A stretch of 64,000 bases of DNA from Octopus sinensis (lineage: Eukaryota): NCBI RefSeq assembly GCF_006345805.1, contig NC_043010.1, forward strand, positions 48,050,001 to 48,114,000, given 5' to 3'. The notes under the pieces are model-generated. The model was not told the DNA's origin and did no database searches. It worked only from the letters and a program-made list of their open reading frames with translations. The position numbers were made by a program, and so were the translations under genes. Each line of letters starts with the position of its first letter. The first letter of the stretch is position 1. Positions 34,389 to 47,900 of this stretch are shown piece by piece.

Positions 34389-36224
34389 CTAAAAAAAGAA
34401 AAGAAAGAAGAAAGAAAAAGAAGAAAATACAACAATGTTGTCAACAGCGCCATTTCCCTTTTATCTAGACAGAAGGGACATCCGCCCCGAGAACATTTGC
34501 AAGAGATTGTAAAGTTCTCTTTTCATTGCCAAATATCCCATCCAGACGTCACCGCATACCGTACGTAGTTAGAGAATAGATTATTTATTTATCAGATCCC
34601 TTTCAAGGCTGATGTCGATTCGTTGGTAAATAAGAGATTTAGAAGCTAGATTTGGAAGCTCATTTTCGTCTTACATTTTTACGTGCGATGTACTATAGGG
34701 ATGGCAACAGCGCTTGTTTGATCCTTTACTTTATTACCACATTTTTTTTCTTTTCTGATCGTCTGTCTGCCATCTTTTCTCAATCTCTTTATTTCCTTTA
34801 TTTCGATCAACTGTTTATTTCATCTTCAGACGTCCCGCTTTCATTACGAGTAAACAGTTCAAATGCAAGCAAGGTCGGGTGGTGAAATATTAATAATTGT
34901 AAAGCTAACGCTACGAAAGGAAGACATTACATTATTCCTTTAAGCTAGAGTTCTTAAGTTGTTATTTTCAAGTTCAAAACACGAAGCTGAAAAATAGCTG
35001 TTTGCCAAAGACACCGACCGAATTTATGAACAAACGAGAGAGGCTCTACACTATTCATCGCACAATCATTTCTTAACCAAGGACTCTATTATCCAAATGA
35101 ATTTTACCACAGATCCTAGGTTTTTGAAGGACATGTCAACTCAATCAATTGATCTTATAAACCAACGACAAACTTGTTTATCCAGCTTCACATCTCAGCT
35201 GAAAGACACGTGTAACTGAATAATTATATGTAATTGAATAGTTATAGATCTTACGTTGCAGCTCTTTAAGGTTTTAGAATATAGTTCATTGAACTCTAGT
35301 ACTGCTTCAATAGTTCACTAAGAGGTCTACAGATCCTGTGTAGGGAAGATCTGCTTCATGCAGTTGCTTATAAGAGATATCTACCAACTCCGTGGCCGGT
35401 AATAAAGTCACAATTTTGTCTAGGAAATAAAGTCAGGTAATCAAACAAAAATATTCAAGTCAGTCACAATTTATTAAAGTACCATTAACAAGTAATAAAA
35501 CAAAATATTTTAAATCAGTTATTAACTGATATTGACAACACTATTCATATATGATGGCATTACATGTAACTTTTTTTCCGACTTTTTATTTGTGACTTTG
35601 TTTAATGATTTACCAATTCTCTTTCTAATCACTACTGTCTTAAAGAGAGAAAAATATATTGGATACTGTAGTCTGAAAAATATATATATATACATATTTA
35701 CGACGGGCTTCTTTCAGTTTCTGTTTTCCGAATCCACTCACAAGGCTTTGGTCGGTCCAAGGCTATGGTAGAAGACACTTGTCCAAGGTGCCACGCAGTG
35801 GGATTGAACCTGGAACCATGTGGTTCGTAAGCAAGCTACTTACCACACAACCACTCATACACCTATATTACGTCACACTTAATAGAAAATATGGCGCTAG
35901 TTGGTCATAAATGTAACAATTGTTTCTAATTTAGGTACAACGTCCGCAGTTTTTTGAGGAGAGGCGTTTAGTCAATTACATCGACTCTGAAAGAAATGAA
36001 AGGCAAAGTTGATCTCGGTGGAGGTCATATATGTAATAATCACATCAACTCTGGAATGAGGATGGTGGCAGAAACGATAGAGTATAAGACCAAATGCTTT
36101 GAAGTACAGACACCCAGACGTTATGACAAACTTAAGGTACAGAATTTTATGCTTAGGAAAATTAAAAAGTAAGGCCACTAATTTTGTGGAACCGTCTGTA
36201 ATTTTGTCCTAACTGACACTCGGA

Positions 36225-36310
<86 letters not shown>

Positions 36311-36513
36311 ACAATAAAAAAATGGAGGGGATCAATAGGTGGTTCATCAACTTTTAGACATATTATGTCAACTTATTTATTTATTTACTAAAATGACAAT
36401 TACAAGAATATACATACATGCATAACATATTATGCTTTACATATAAAATATATTAATGTATAAAGATACCAGTAATTATTAAAATATAACATACAGGAAT
36501 ATAAATTGGGACA

Positions 36514-36642
36514 ATAACTTACAGCTGTTTCAGCCAAGAGGCAAAAATACCTCATTCTACCTTTATTCCTCCAGTAGACTGAAGTAATAAGTAGATGGAA
36601 TTGAGGTACTTGGGTGTTTCTCTAGGCTTCGTCAGAGATTTT
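36514..36642 (-). ncRNA. Type-I hammerhead motif with a long stem II and palindromic stem III
   Basis: Reverse complement reads aaatct CTGACGA AGCCTAGAG...CTCTTGGCT GAA ACAGCTGT A AGTT. Stem II is an imperfect hairpin of about 45 bp; the triplet is GUA; stem I is weak. Confidence 0.65.
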
Positions 36643-36682
36643 ATAAAGTACATAAGGTTAAGTTATAAATAAATATAATATA

Positions 36683-36715
<33 letters not shown>

Positions 36716-37207
36716 TCAGCCATTATCCCCACCAATGTCTATCATCAACACCAACATAACCAGCATCAATACAGCCACTTCCATTAGCAACTCACTACTT
36801 CCTTAATGATCAACAGCAACACCAAGATAAACAATTCTATTTAAAATAAGGGACAATCATATGAGATAATATGGTACCCTAGAGCATTTTAAAAGTTAAA
36901 TGAAAGGTTTTTGATCGTAGTCCAATGAAGATTGACTTGAGACAAAATGACAACAACAATACAATTAATAAAATCAATATGGCCACCGCCATCCCCAACA
37001 ATACCCTTATCATCATCAGCATTACCACTATCATCGACGTCAAAACCAATACAATCAATAATTCCACCGCTACCAACCCGCTAACTGTTGAATAACTAAC
37101 TGGCAACAACAACAGTAATATCAGCATGATAGGCTGTGTCTGTAGCTACATATATTGTACATCAATATAACAGAGTGTACGTGTATCGAGAGAGGAAGAA
37201 AGGGAGA

Positions 37208-37261
<54 letters not shown>

Positions 37262-37589
37262 GAGCAAGAGAGAAAGAAAGAGAGAGAGCATGTGTGTATA
37301 TATATTTTCTGGTTCAAGTCAGAGGTGAAAGGAGCAAAGTGCCCATGAATCTGGTGACCCTTCAACTAACTGTAATTATGCAATATTTCTTTCCACCTCA
37401 TCCTTCATTCTTTCGTCTGCTTATTCCCAGTTTTGCATCCATAAGAATAAAACAAACATTTTTTGCTCCCACAAAATAGTACTTTCCTAGCTCTATTTTT
37501 AAAACTACATATTTGTTGTGGATAACTATTGATTGCTGCCACAGTTTTATTTACTTGCAAAGAAGCTATCAGACGGAACTGAAGGCAGT

Positions 37590-38545
37590 AATGCGAAAAG
37601 GAACCGTAAAGGAATTACATTGATATTAAACTTGATGTTTTAAAAAGGCTCAATGCAGGAGAGAAAATTCAGTCACATTGCTAAAACATTAAAGCATGCA
37701 ATGTCTATAGTGAGAATAATGCATGGCAATAGGGAGAAAATTAAGCTCAGTGCTCAAGAAGTTACTCTGTTAACTGCTCGGACCTTATTTTTTTTCAGAG
37801 CTAATGTGATACTTAAAATGGTACGGCTGTTGAGTGTACGGATAGAAGTTCAGACTCGATGTAAGGTGCTGATATGTACAATGGTAATTTAAAGAAATGT
37901 ATGTATGATGATTTGCAGACAAGTGAAACTTAATAAAAACAAAAAAGGAAAAAAGAAAGAAAAATGAAACCGGCTCTGGCTCTGTTGTACAAATGTCTTG
38001 TTTTCAGAATTTTTGAATTAAAATCTTCCACCAAACCTTAGTCAAAATTTATGTTCCTAACACTAGCTTAATGATAACTAAGTTATTTTACTAAATTCTT
38101 TGTTATATTAAAAATTAATTGAAAGAAACACAGAGCATCTCAAAATAAATACAGTAATGAAAGGGTGAAGCATTTGAATTTGCAGAAGATAAATGAGTGG
38201 TGAAACTGCCAGTGCTGATAAATATGTTACTACTAATTATCCTGAGAAGCCGGAGGAAAAAAAAATGACCGATTGCTAAAGGATGTTAGACATCAGAGAA
38301 AGTATACAGTTTGATGAAATGCCACTTTTCTGGAATATATTATCAATACCATATCAAAAAATAAAACATCATTTTAATCTATAACTTTCGGTTCTCGAGA
38401 AGAAAAATCAACACCAAGATTTAAGTTTCCAAAGATCGTATCACGTTTCTTCTGGGAGGAAATCTCTCTGATGATAAAGAAATTAAAACCCCTTCTCATG
38501 TATCACTCTGAAACTCAAAGACTTTCAACTGTTACGCAAAGTACC
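37590..38545 (+). mobile_element. Degenerate Tigger/pogo transposase
   Basis: RKGTVKELH/LDIKLDVLKR..GEK..HIAKTLK HTH-like region, then FDEMPLFW and KLKPLLMYHSE motifs in shifting frames; interrupted by a short repeat at about 37955-38168. Boundaries approximate. Confidence 0.7.
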
Positions 38546-38599
38546 AAGTATCTTATATTTTGTCAAATATCTTATAATGTCATAATTTATATATTCACC

Positions 38600-38925
38600 C
38601 ATCCATCTCCGCCCACTGTTCCCGAGAGAGTTGTTGGGTATAATCCTCAGGCACTTCCTCCAAAGGGTCCTATCAAAAGCAACCATCCTTCTGGCTGAAT
38701 TTTCAAGCGTGACCAACTGAGATTCAGCTATCTTGCTTTTGGTCTCAGGGATTTTGGTCCATCCTCAGGTCTTAAAATGGCTTATTCAGCTTTCCGTCTT
38801 GTGATTCTTTCCTGCGACATTATAATCACACATCTCTAGTACCGGAGCTATAACCTATCAACGTGGAGAAGTAGTGGCTCACCTTGGAGAGACTCCCTGA
38901 TCTCTGAGCTACGCACTCTGTCAAG
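38600..38925 (-). mobile_element. RTE-clade LINE RT C-terminal relic
   Basis: LDRVRSSEIRESLQ/VEPLLLHVDRL.LR, similar to the RTE DR.R.S.IRE.L.VEPLLL.IER.QLRW motif; frameshifted. Confidence 0.55.
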
Positions 38926-39166
38926 TAATATTTTTTACAAAATCATTTAGTTTTTTTTTTCAAAGTTGATGTGATTGCCAAACCAGCATTTCATATAGTG
39001 TCACAAATTTGTTTGCATCACTGTGTTTTATTTTCAAAATAACAACGCAGAAGACATTTTGTATGGTCTATTTATCATTGCACACGGAAGAGAATAATAG
39101 GATAAATGCATACATGTATCGAGAAAAAAAAGATGTAAGGAGCGAGTTTATCAAACTCGTTCTTAA

Positions 39167-41010
39167 CAATTGTAGTAGTTTTGTTTTCTTTCTACTCTCT
39201 TTTTGTTTTTTTTTCCCAATAACATATATTTACTTTGCATTTCCGAATGAATAAACCCAAACAATTTTTTCTTATGAAAAAACATTGAAAGCAACTGGAA
39301 ATCAGTAGAATATTGTATAGAAAGATAACGATGGCGAACAGGAAGAAGAAGAAGAAAGAGAAAAAAGTAACTGAGTAAGGAGAAAATCAATTAAATATAA
39401 AATAAAAAAATAATCCATAAGCCGATCCCCAAACCACTTGGTCTCAGCTTGTCATTAAACATTGTTGTTTATGCTCAGGGATTGTCTTGTGTCACTATCC
39501 ACTTGTCTAAGTTTTTTTTCTTAAGCTTAATTACTCAGTCATTATATTTGAATTATGGACTCAATAATTTCCCTCTTCTTGTATTGATTATTTAACATCG
39601 TTGAAATCGAAGTAAACAATTGATTTTCTGATGGTGGAGTCAATAGCAGGTTGGTCTATCATCTGAAGGGTCAGCAGTTTGTATCTTGTCAACAACACTG
39701 CGTGGTGGTGGGATAGAGACATGTGACTGAATGCAGGCACGGTTGCGTGGTTCGCTTCGCCATTACGTGATTTTAAGTGCAATCTCACAGGACGTCTCTT
39801 TTAGCAAATACATTCCACTATAGATTCGAGTTGACGTGAAAGCCCTAGAAAACGAAAACTGCGCCAAAGACCACGATATGGACAACACCTGTTCCAGGAT
39901 GTTAAACTGAATCTTCACCCAGTTTAACAGTACCACCTAGCCCTTTGGTGTTTTTAGCAAGGACTCTGTTGTAAGCATTCAGACCAGGTCTTCAGTCTAA
40001 AGATAACTTGATATCTTGATGTGTTGCTTCATATTGCAGCAACCAATGAGTCATAGTTTCAGCCTTCCTTTTCCACACCAGCGTCGAAGGCTACGTAAAA
40101 AGGCTGCGGGCATTGCTCTCCAACCTCATCACAAGTAACCGTCAATAGTCGGAAATAGCCATCACTAGTCACTATTCGGAAATAGCCATCACTAGTCACT
40201 CGTCAGAAGTAGCAATCACTAGTCACTAGTCGGAAGCAGCTATCACTACCCACAAGTAGCTGTACTATCTACAAAGAAGCTGTTACTAGTCGGAGGTAGT
40301 CATTATTAGTCACAGGTAACTGTCATTAGTCTGACAGTCTGACTTAGATCCAAGCATTTGTAATGACTAGGCGATTTAATACTACCATACAGTTCATTCT
40401 ATCTTCTTCTCTAAATTGGTTTGTACGTAATAACACTGCAGAAGACAAAAACAGTAAAGAGAGATGTCTTGGTCAGTTGTCAGCAGCAAGATGGACAAGT
40501 TGCTCTAGCAATTTTGGTGAATTGTCTGAGACATCACTTGATTTGTCTGAGCTCAGTAGCGGTCAATAGTCGGAAGCCGCTATCACTTACCGCAAGTAAT
40601 TGTCACGAGTAGCTATCACTTGTAAGTACTAATCACAAGTAGCTATCAGTTACCACAAGTAGCTATCACTTACCACAAGTACTAATCACAAGTAACTACC
40701 ACTAGTCACAAATAGCTGCCACTAGTCTCCTTACTCAGTTTCTTCTTCTTCTTCTTCTTCTTCTTCTTCTTCTTCTTCTTCTTCTTCTTCTTCTTCTTCT
40801 TCTTCTTCTTCTTCCTCCTCCTCCTCCTCCTCCTCCTCCTGGTCGCCATCGTTATCTTTCTATACAATATTCTACTGATTTCCAATTGCTTTCAATGTTT
40901 TTTCATAAGAAAAATTCTTTGAGTTTATTCATTCGGAAATGCAAAGTAAATATAAGTTATTGGTGGGGAAAAAAAGAGAGTAAAAAGAACAAAACAGAAA
41001 CAATTCATTG
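39167..41010. mobile_element. ~1.85-kb element with ~190-bp inverted ends and an internal minisatellite
   Basis: 39167-39360 is the reverse complement of 40842-41010 (atttactttgcatttccgaatgaataaac...gatggcga). Boundaries approximate. Confidence 0.55.
40140..40730. repeat. Degenerate minisatellite (agtcactagtcggaagtagctatcact-like)
   Basis: Repeated motif in two blocks, 40140-40330 and 40560-40730, followed by (TTC)n(CTC)n. Confidence 0.7.
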
Positions 41011-43419
41011 CCTTTTTAGCATTGAAAACTTGCAAACTGACGCTTGTGAGTTCATCTATTCTTGTGACCTGATGGATAAGTTTTGTTTAGCTACCTTGCA
41101 CCAAGTAATCGATGTGAAGACGCATTCGTCATTGTGATTTAAAGGAACTCAGCCCCATATTATTTTCACATTGCATGTCACATAAATAAAAGCAGTAATG
41201 AAGCATGTTTATATTTTTAAGCGCGCCGGACAAAACGCTTACTGCCGTCTCTTCCGGCTCTTTGTGTTCTGAGTTCAAATCCCGCTAAGACCGATTTTGC
41301 TTGCCATCCTTTCGAAGTCGATAAAATAAGCACCAGTTGAGCACTGTGGTCAAGATAATCTACTTACCACCTCCCGTTAAAAAATTACCGGCCTTGTGCT
41401 AAAATTCTAAACCATAATTTTGTAATGCAAAAAATTGGTGAAGTCGATAGAGCAATAATGTAGATAGAATGCTTACTGCCCAGAGCAGCCCTTGTGTTTG
41501 TTGTACCCATCCCTTATTTCTTTATTGCCCACAAGGGGCTAAATATAGAGGGGACAAACAAGGACAAAGGGATTAAGTCGACTACATCGACCCCAGTGCA
41601 TAACTGGTACTTAATTTATTGACCCTGAAAGGATGAAAGGCAAAGTCGACCTCGGCGGAATTTGAACTCACAACATAACGGCAGACGAAATACCGCTAAG
41701 CATTTCGCCCAGCATGCTAATGTTTCTGCCATCTCGCCGTCTTTTCTACCCATCCCTTGTACCCTAGACAGGCTTACAAAGCAGATCCAAAAGTCGCCCT
41801 CATGAAAGCGTCTTCGTTTGCATCACCCTAGCTACTCTACAGCGATGTTTCTGACGGTTCTTTGACCTCTGAGTTCAAACTCTGTCGAGGTCAACTTTGC
41901 CTTTCATCTTTTCGAGGTTTATAAATAAAGTACCAGTGCAAGGTGGTAGATTAGCAGAACTGTGAGAGCGTTTTGCAGTATTTACTTCCGGCTCTTCGGT
42001 TTCTCAAGCCAACGTCTGTGACGAAACAGTTATCAAGTTGTGTGATGCTGGTCCCTTCTTTTCTTTGGGTAAAGTTAGTAGTGGTGTAGAAAGAGGAAAC
42101 AAGTAAACGCGGACAACTGCCTGTCTTCCATAAAAAGAAAACTTTCACTCTGTCCAGGAGAGGAACTTTCCCATCGTAGATCCATGGTTTCTTGAGATGC
42201 ATGGAAGTTTAGTGGTTAGGACGATGCACTCGCGATCGCAAGGTCGTGGCTTTGATTCCAGGACCGGGAGGTGAGCTCTGTTCTTGAGAAAAAACATTTC
42301 ATTTTCAAGCTGCCTCAGTTCGTTTAACTGTAAATGAATAACCCTATGATGGACTAGCGTCCAGTTCAGGTGGAATGCTGTCATCTTGGTCACTTATATG
42401 CCATGGAAACCGAGTAACGGACCTTATGAGTCCTGGGACTCGTAACAGTAACGTCAATGTCATATTCTTAAGATTATGATTTACAGAACTTATTAAACCA
42501 TTCCTTATAAGTTAAAAATCTCTTTCATTTTTACTTCTACGCGACGTTTTGATAGATTTCATCATTGATTGTCATCAAGAGTTTTATTTCTGGACATGCA
42601 CATAATACCAGACAAGATTCAAACAAGGAACCTTCATTTCAAAACTAAGGCTCATAGTATTCGTATCTGCTACACCACTGAATGCATGTGCTTAGATTGT
42701 TAATTCGAATCATCCCTGCTGGCAATCTACACACATTCAAGGACAGAATATTTACTGATTATCGGAGATTAAACTGATCAAAATAGTGTAGATGTAAAGA
42801 TATAAAAATGTTTTATCTTTAAAGATGGAATAGTCCAAACAATCATAATCCTTTCAACTATAGGCACAAGGCCTGAAATTCTGTGGGAAGGAGCAAGTCG
42901 ATTACATCGCCCCCAGTACTCAACTGGTACTTAATTTATCGACCCGAAAGGATGAAAGGCAAAGTCGACCTTGGTGGAATTTGAACTCAGAACGTAGCGG
43001 CAGACGAAATACCTATTTCTTTACTACCCACAAGGGGCTAAACACAGAAAGGACAAAGAATGACAGACAAAGGGATTAAGTCGATTATATTGACCTCAGT
43101 GCATAACTGGTACTTATTTAATCGACCCTGAAAGGATGAAAGGCAAAGTCGACCTCGGCGGAATTTGAACTCAGAACGTAGCGGCAGGCGAAATACTGGC
43201 ATGATAGTTACCCCCACCATACAACGGAGAATTTGGTAGTTCGTATCTCGCTCAAGCATTATGTCGCATATTCGCAAATTCTTAACTCTCAATAGTTGGT
43301 CCGAAGCAACTTAAAATAAATACTAAAGACTAGTATAATTAATTCAGAGCTGTAAGCAGGGGCAGCCCTATAATATTGATGAGAGACTTTTTGACTTGCA
43401 ACAATAATTTTGTTCTTTA

Positions 43420-44220
43420 CTGTTATAGATGGCCATGGTGCGTGTTCTATGAAGTTGAAGGCGGCCAAGTTCAAATATCTCATGTACTGCAGTCCTCTGG
43501 TAGACGTAATACTGGTAGGAATCTCGAAAAGGTTTGGGTTCCTCTTAGAATAACATGCCTTCTACCCCAAGTTTTGCCTCTTCTGGATGGAACAGAATAA
43601 TAACAGCCAGGTTAGCAGAGTAACGAACGCCATGGAGACCGTCGTAGAAACAGCCCTAATGGAGACCAATGAGGAGGGCAGCAGCACCATCAGTAATGAG
43701 GATGAGGAAGATGGTTTCCTCAGCAACATCACTCGGTTCTGGGAGAGCAAGATCTACAGGTCACTGAAGTCCAAGGCGCAAAACTTGGTGGGGACCTGGC
43801 TGAAGGTCATCTCAAAGAAGGTCCTGACTTAAGTCGCCTTTTTGGGTGAGCAGGTCTTGATTGACCTGTTCACCAAGTATATATTTCTTTACTACCCACA
43901 AGGGGCTAAACACAGAGGGGACAAACAAGGAGAGACAAAGGGATTAAGTCGACTACATCGACCCCAGTGCGTAACTGGTACTTAATTTATCGACCCCGAA
44001 AGGATGAAAGGCAAAGTCAACCTCGGCGGAATTTGAACTCGGAACGTAACGACAGACGAAATACGGCTACGCATTTCGCCCGGCGTGCTAACGTTTCTAC
44101 CAGCTCGCCGCCTACCTGTTCACCAAGTATAACACCGCCATCCCATCCAGTGCTGCAGTTGAATGCCTATTCTCTATAGGCAAAGATATTTTGAGGGCCA
44201 AGTGGGCCACTCTGTCAGAC
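43420..44220 (+). mobile_element. Degenerate hAT transposase, C-terminal part
   Basis: YPKFCLFW and, across a SINE insertion, LIDLFTKYNTAIPSSAAVECLFSIGKDILRAKWATLSD (hAT dimerisation-domain motif). Boundaries approximate. Confidence 0.8.
43882..44113 (-). mobile_element. SINE family B copy inserted in the hAT relic
   Basis: 18-bp TSD ACCTGTTCACCAAGTATA at 43864-81 and 44114-31. Confidence 0.9.
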
Positions 44221-46213
44221 AATCCTAACCCTAAAACCTTAACCCTAATCCTAAAACCTTAAAGCTAAACCAGTAAAAACACACGAACGATGTTATAAAT
44301 AACAGTGACAAATGAAAAATACAGCGCCGATAGTTGTTGTTGACAAACAACGGCAGTAATTTTATTCAGCTGAATACACGTCATTGATTGGTTGAAATTA
44401 CCGAAATACGACAACTTTAACGTGAAATAACTTCATAAATATAAGCCTTTCTCAAAAATGCTAAGAGTAAAAGATATTTTATATGACACATTCTACCAAT
44501 GTCCGAAGTTTGAAAGTGTTTAGTTACAAAAAATTATTCTTTGAATCTGTAGATCAAAAGGTAAAGATCCGTAATTTGGGGATCCACAATAGTATTTTAA
44601 GGATCCTTAAAAAATTTGCTTTAGCTGTATGTATTTGTATATATTACATGAAACAGCTTGGTTTCTTTCTCTAACTACACAAGTGAATGTGTGATGAACA
44701 AAATATGGATTTTGAAAGAAGTATCTATAAAACTAGTTTTTAAACGTCGAATGGCTACGGTGGTCCACCAGAGTAAAATAGTTATCAAAGGGGTCCATAG
44801 ATGAAAAGAAAATGGTTGAGAACCCCTGATCTAGATAATAAGTTCGTATTGTTTACGATAGTTATTGGTGCACTTAGCTATGTTACTAAATGTCTAAGTG
44901 ATAATTTCGAAAAGTAAGGGTTTTCAGGTAAAGCAACCAGCTATCCCTCTCTTTACTCTTTTACTCTTTTACTCTTTTACTCTTTTACTTGTTTCAGTCA
45001 TTTGACTGCGGCGATGCTGGAGGACCGCCTTTAATCGAGTAACTCAACCCCGGGACTTATTCTTTTTGTAAGCCCAGTACTTATTCTATCGGTCCCTTTT
45101 GCCGAACCGCTAAGTAACGGGGACGTAAACACACCAGCATCGGTTGTCAAGTAATGCTAGGGGGACAAACACAGACACACAAGCACACACACGTGTATAT
45201 ATATACATATATATATACGACGGGCTTCTTTCAGTTTCCGTCTACCAAATCCACTCACAAGGCATTGGTCGGCCCGAAGCTATAGTAGAAGACACTTGCC
45301 CAAGGTGCCACGCAGTGGGACTGAACCCGGAACCATGTGGTTGGTTAGCAAGCTACTTACCACACAGCCACTCCTGAATACAATCTGTAAATAATCTGTA
45401 TTTGAAACAGCAAACGTGTGCAAGACTTTTCTAAAGTTCCACACGTAATCGTTTACCGTTTTTGTTATCAAAGTTTCGGCGATGGGGTTTTGTTTCTTTG
45501 TTAGGGACCAACTCCTTTGTAGGGAGAACTCAAACGATTAGAAAAGAAAGAAATTTATATATCCATAGGCATACATACATACATTCGACATGCATGCATA
45601 CATACATAAACATGCAAATATAAATGTCCGAATCTGTACACACATGAATATAGTTTTATACACATATAATAGACATAAAAGGTTTATGAATTTCTCTCAT
45701 ACATAACGCAATTCAGTTCATCACTATAACTTGATCCAACCAGCCTCCATTCAAGCTGCCCATCGACAGCTAAAGAACAAACGGAAAAGAAATGTAGTCT
45801 AGATTGTCAATAGATCGATTGAAGTTTAATAGAAATCCAATCGAAACAACAGCTGTAGCCTTTTTCTCCTGACGCTTTTACATCAACATAGAAGAAACGG
45901 TCGAAATAAAATTAGCTGTCACGCATTGCTGTTCGAACAAACAAGGCAGCTGACAGCTCAAAATGTATTTTACGCTGTTATTACTTACAGTCAACACTAG
46001 TTATCAATATATTCATAACATGCCACAGGAGTTGGTCAAGATGCCATATTTTCTCATGTCTTTTCGATAAAAGATTGGCATAGGTAAGCTCCTTTTTCTT
46101 TTCTTGTTTATTTTATAACCCTTTACCTGTCCTGTGTATTACATGTGGTATATAGGATACATCACGATAAATGTATCAATTTTCTTTTTCAATCACCAGA
46201 GTAAGTTGGGACT

Positions 46214-46425
46214 CTTTTACTCTTTTACTTGTTTCAGTCATTTGACTGCGGCCATGCTGGAGCACCGCCTTTAGTCGAGCAAATCGACCCCGGGACTTAT
46301 TCTTTGTAAGCCCAGTACTTATTCTATCGGTCTGTTTTGCCGAACCGCTAAGTTACGGGGACGTAAGCACACCAGCATCGGTTGTCAAGCAATGCTAGGG
46401 GGACAAACACAGACACACAAACACA

Positions 46426-46471
<46 letters not shown>

Positions 46472-46636
46472 CGACATGCTTCTTTCAGTTTCCGTCTACC
46501 AAATCCACTCACAAGGCATTGGTCGGCCCGGGGCTATAGCAGAAGACACTTACCCAAGATGCCACGCAGTGGGACTGAACCCGGAACCATGTGGTTGTTT
46601 AGCAAGCTACTTACCACACAGCCACTCCTGCGCCTC
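46214..46636 (-). mobile_element. SINE family A copy with a perfect 40-bp TSD
   Basis: TATCAATTTTCTTTTTCAATCACCAGAGTAAGTTGGGACT at 46174-46213 and 46637-46676. Confidence 0.9.
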
Positions 46637-46759
46637 TATCAATTTTCTTTTTCAATCACCAGAGTAAGTTGGGACTGACGAAAGAAAAACTTTATATTAC
46701 TCAGAACGTATGAAACAAGGGCTAACTAAAAGACTGAAAACAAGAATGAAGATTTAGGG

Positions 46760-47144
46760 CAAACTTGCGTTTTTAAAATTATTAACCACCTTACTAACAA
46801 TAACTCTGAGCACCTTTTCAAACTCCACCTTTCTAACACCCGTGGACATGTTTACAAAGAAAACAGCACAGCTCCCATGAATTTCGGAAACATTTTTTCA
46901 TGCTAAGAGTTGCTGAAGCTTGGAACAAACTGCTGGCATCAGTTGTTAGTTGTCGGAGCACTGCATCCTTCAAAACTTCCATGCTTCCTGAGATTCGCCA
47001 ACACTACACCTGATTTTCTCCCCTCCATTCACACGCAAGCAGGTATCTGACTCATACACTGTTCACTTCCCAGACATTTGTATATTACTGCATATGCTTT
47101 ATACGCACTTTTGACAAGTTGTGGTGCACCTGAGCACTGTATAC
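46760..47144 (+). mobile_element. CR1/L2-clade LINE 3' end
   Basis: TRGHVYK...FRKHFFMLRVAEAWNKLLASVVSCRSTASFK RT C-terminal motif, then a 3'UTR and an (AAT)n tail to about 47230. Confidence 0.8.
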
Positions 47145-47228
<84 letters not shown>

Positions 47229-47577
47229 TATTATTATTATTATTATAAAAGTCGACTGTACTATTCCTCTGGACAATTTGTACGGTGCTTGAGAAAAAAA
47301 ACATGGAAATCTCTCTGTCGAAGTTTCCTACCCTATTAAGAAATCTGGGTCCCTTTTCATATGAAGGTTAATGACCGTCGTCTGTGGATATTTCATATTT
47401 CCGGGCATCAAACTGCACTCTCTGACAGGCAATGCATGATTTTTATTGTAGTTATTTAGTATCAATTCTGCTCTGATCAAGCGAATGATGATCAATATTG
47501 TTCCAGCCGTGGCTACCTCGTCTGTTTGTCTTATATTTACAATTACGTTATTCATGTCACTGTTATTTTAAAATAGT

Positions 47578-47900
47578 GAAGGCACGTGGCTAAGTGGTTA
47601 GGGCATTCGGCTCACGATTGTAAGGTCGTGAGCTCAATTCCCGGCGACGTGTTGTGTCCTTGAGCAAGACACTTTATTTCACATTGCTCCAGTCCGCTCA
47701 GCTGGCAAAAATGAGTTGTACCTGTATTTTAAAAGGGCCGGCCTTGTCACACTCTGTGTCACACTGAATCTCCCTGAGAACTACGTTAGGGGCACACATG
47801 TCTGTGGATTGCTCAGTCACTTGCACGTTAATTTCATGAGCAAGCTGTTCCGTTGATCGTATCAGCTGGGACCCTCGTCGTCGTAACCGACGGAGTGCTC
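47578..47900 (+). mobile_element. tRNA-derived SINE family D
   Basis: ggcacgtggctaagtggttagg...gagctcaattccc...gtgtccttgagcaagacac. Related degenerate pieces at about 10235-10460, 13030-13290, 42200-42450 and 53417-53545. Confidence 0.7.

Noticed and set aside
43587-43832. Acidic ORF MEQNNNSQ... as a host gene
   Set aside because: It is a frame of the degenerate hAT transposase and is followed by the hAT dimerisation motif.
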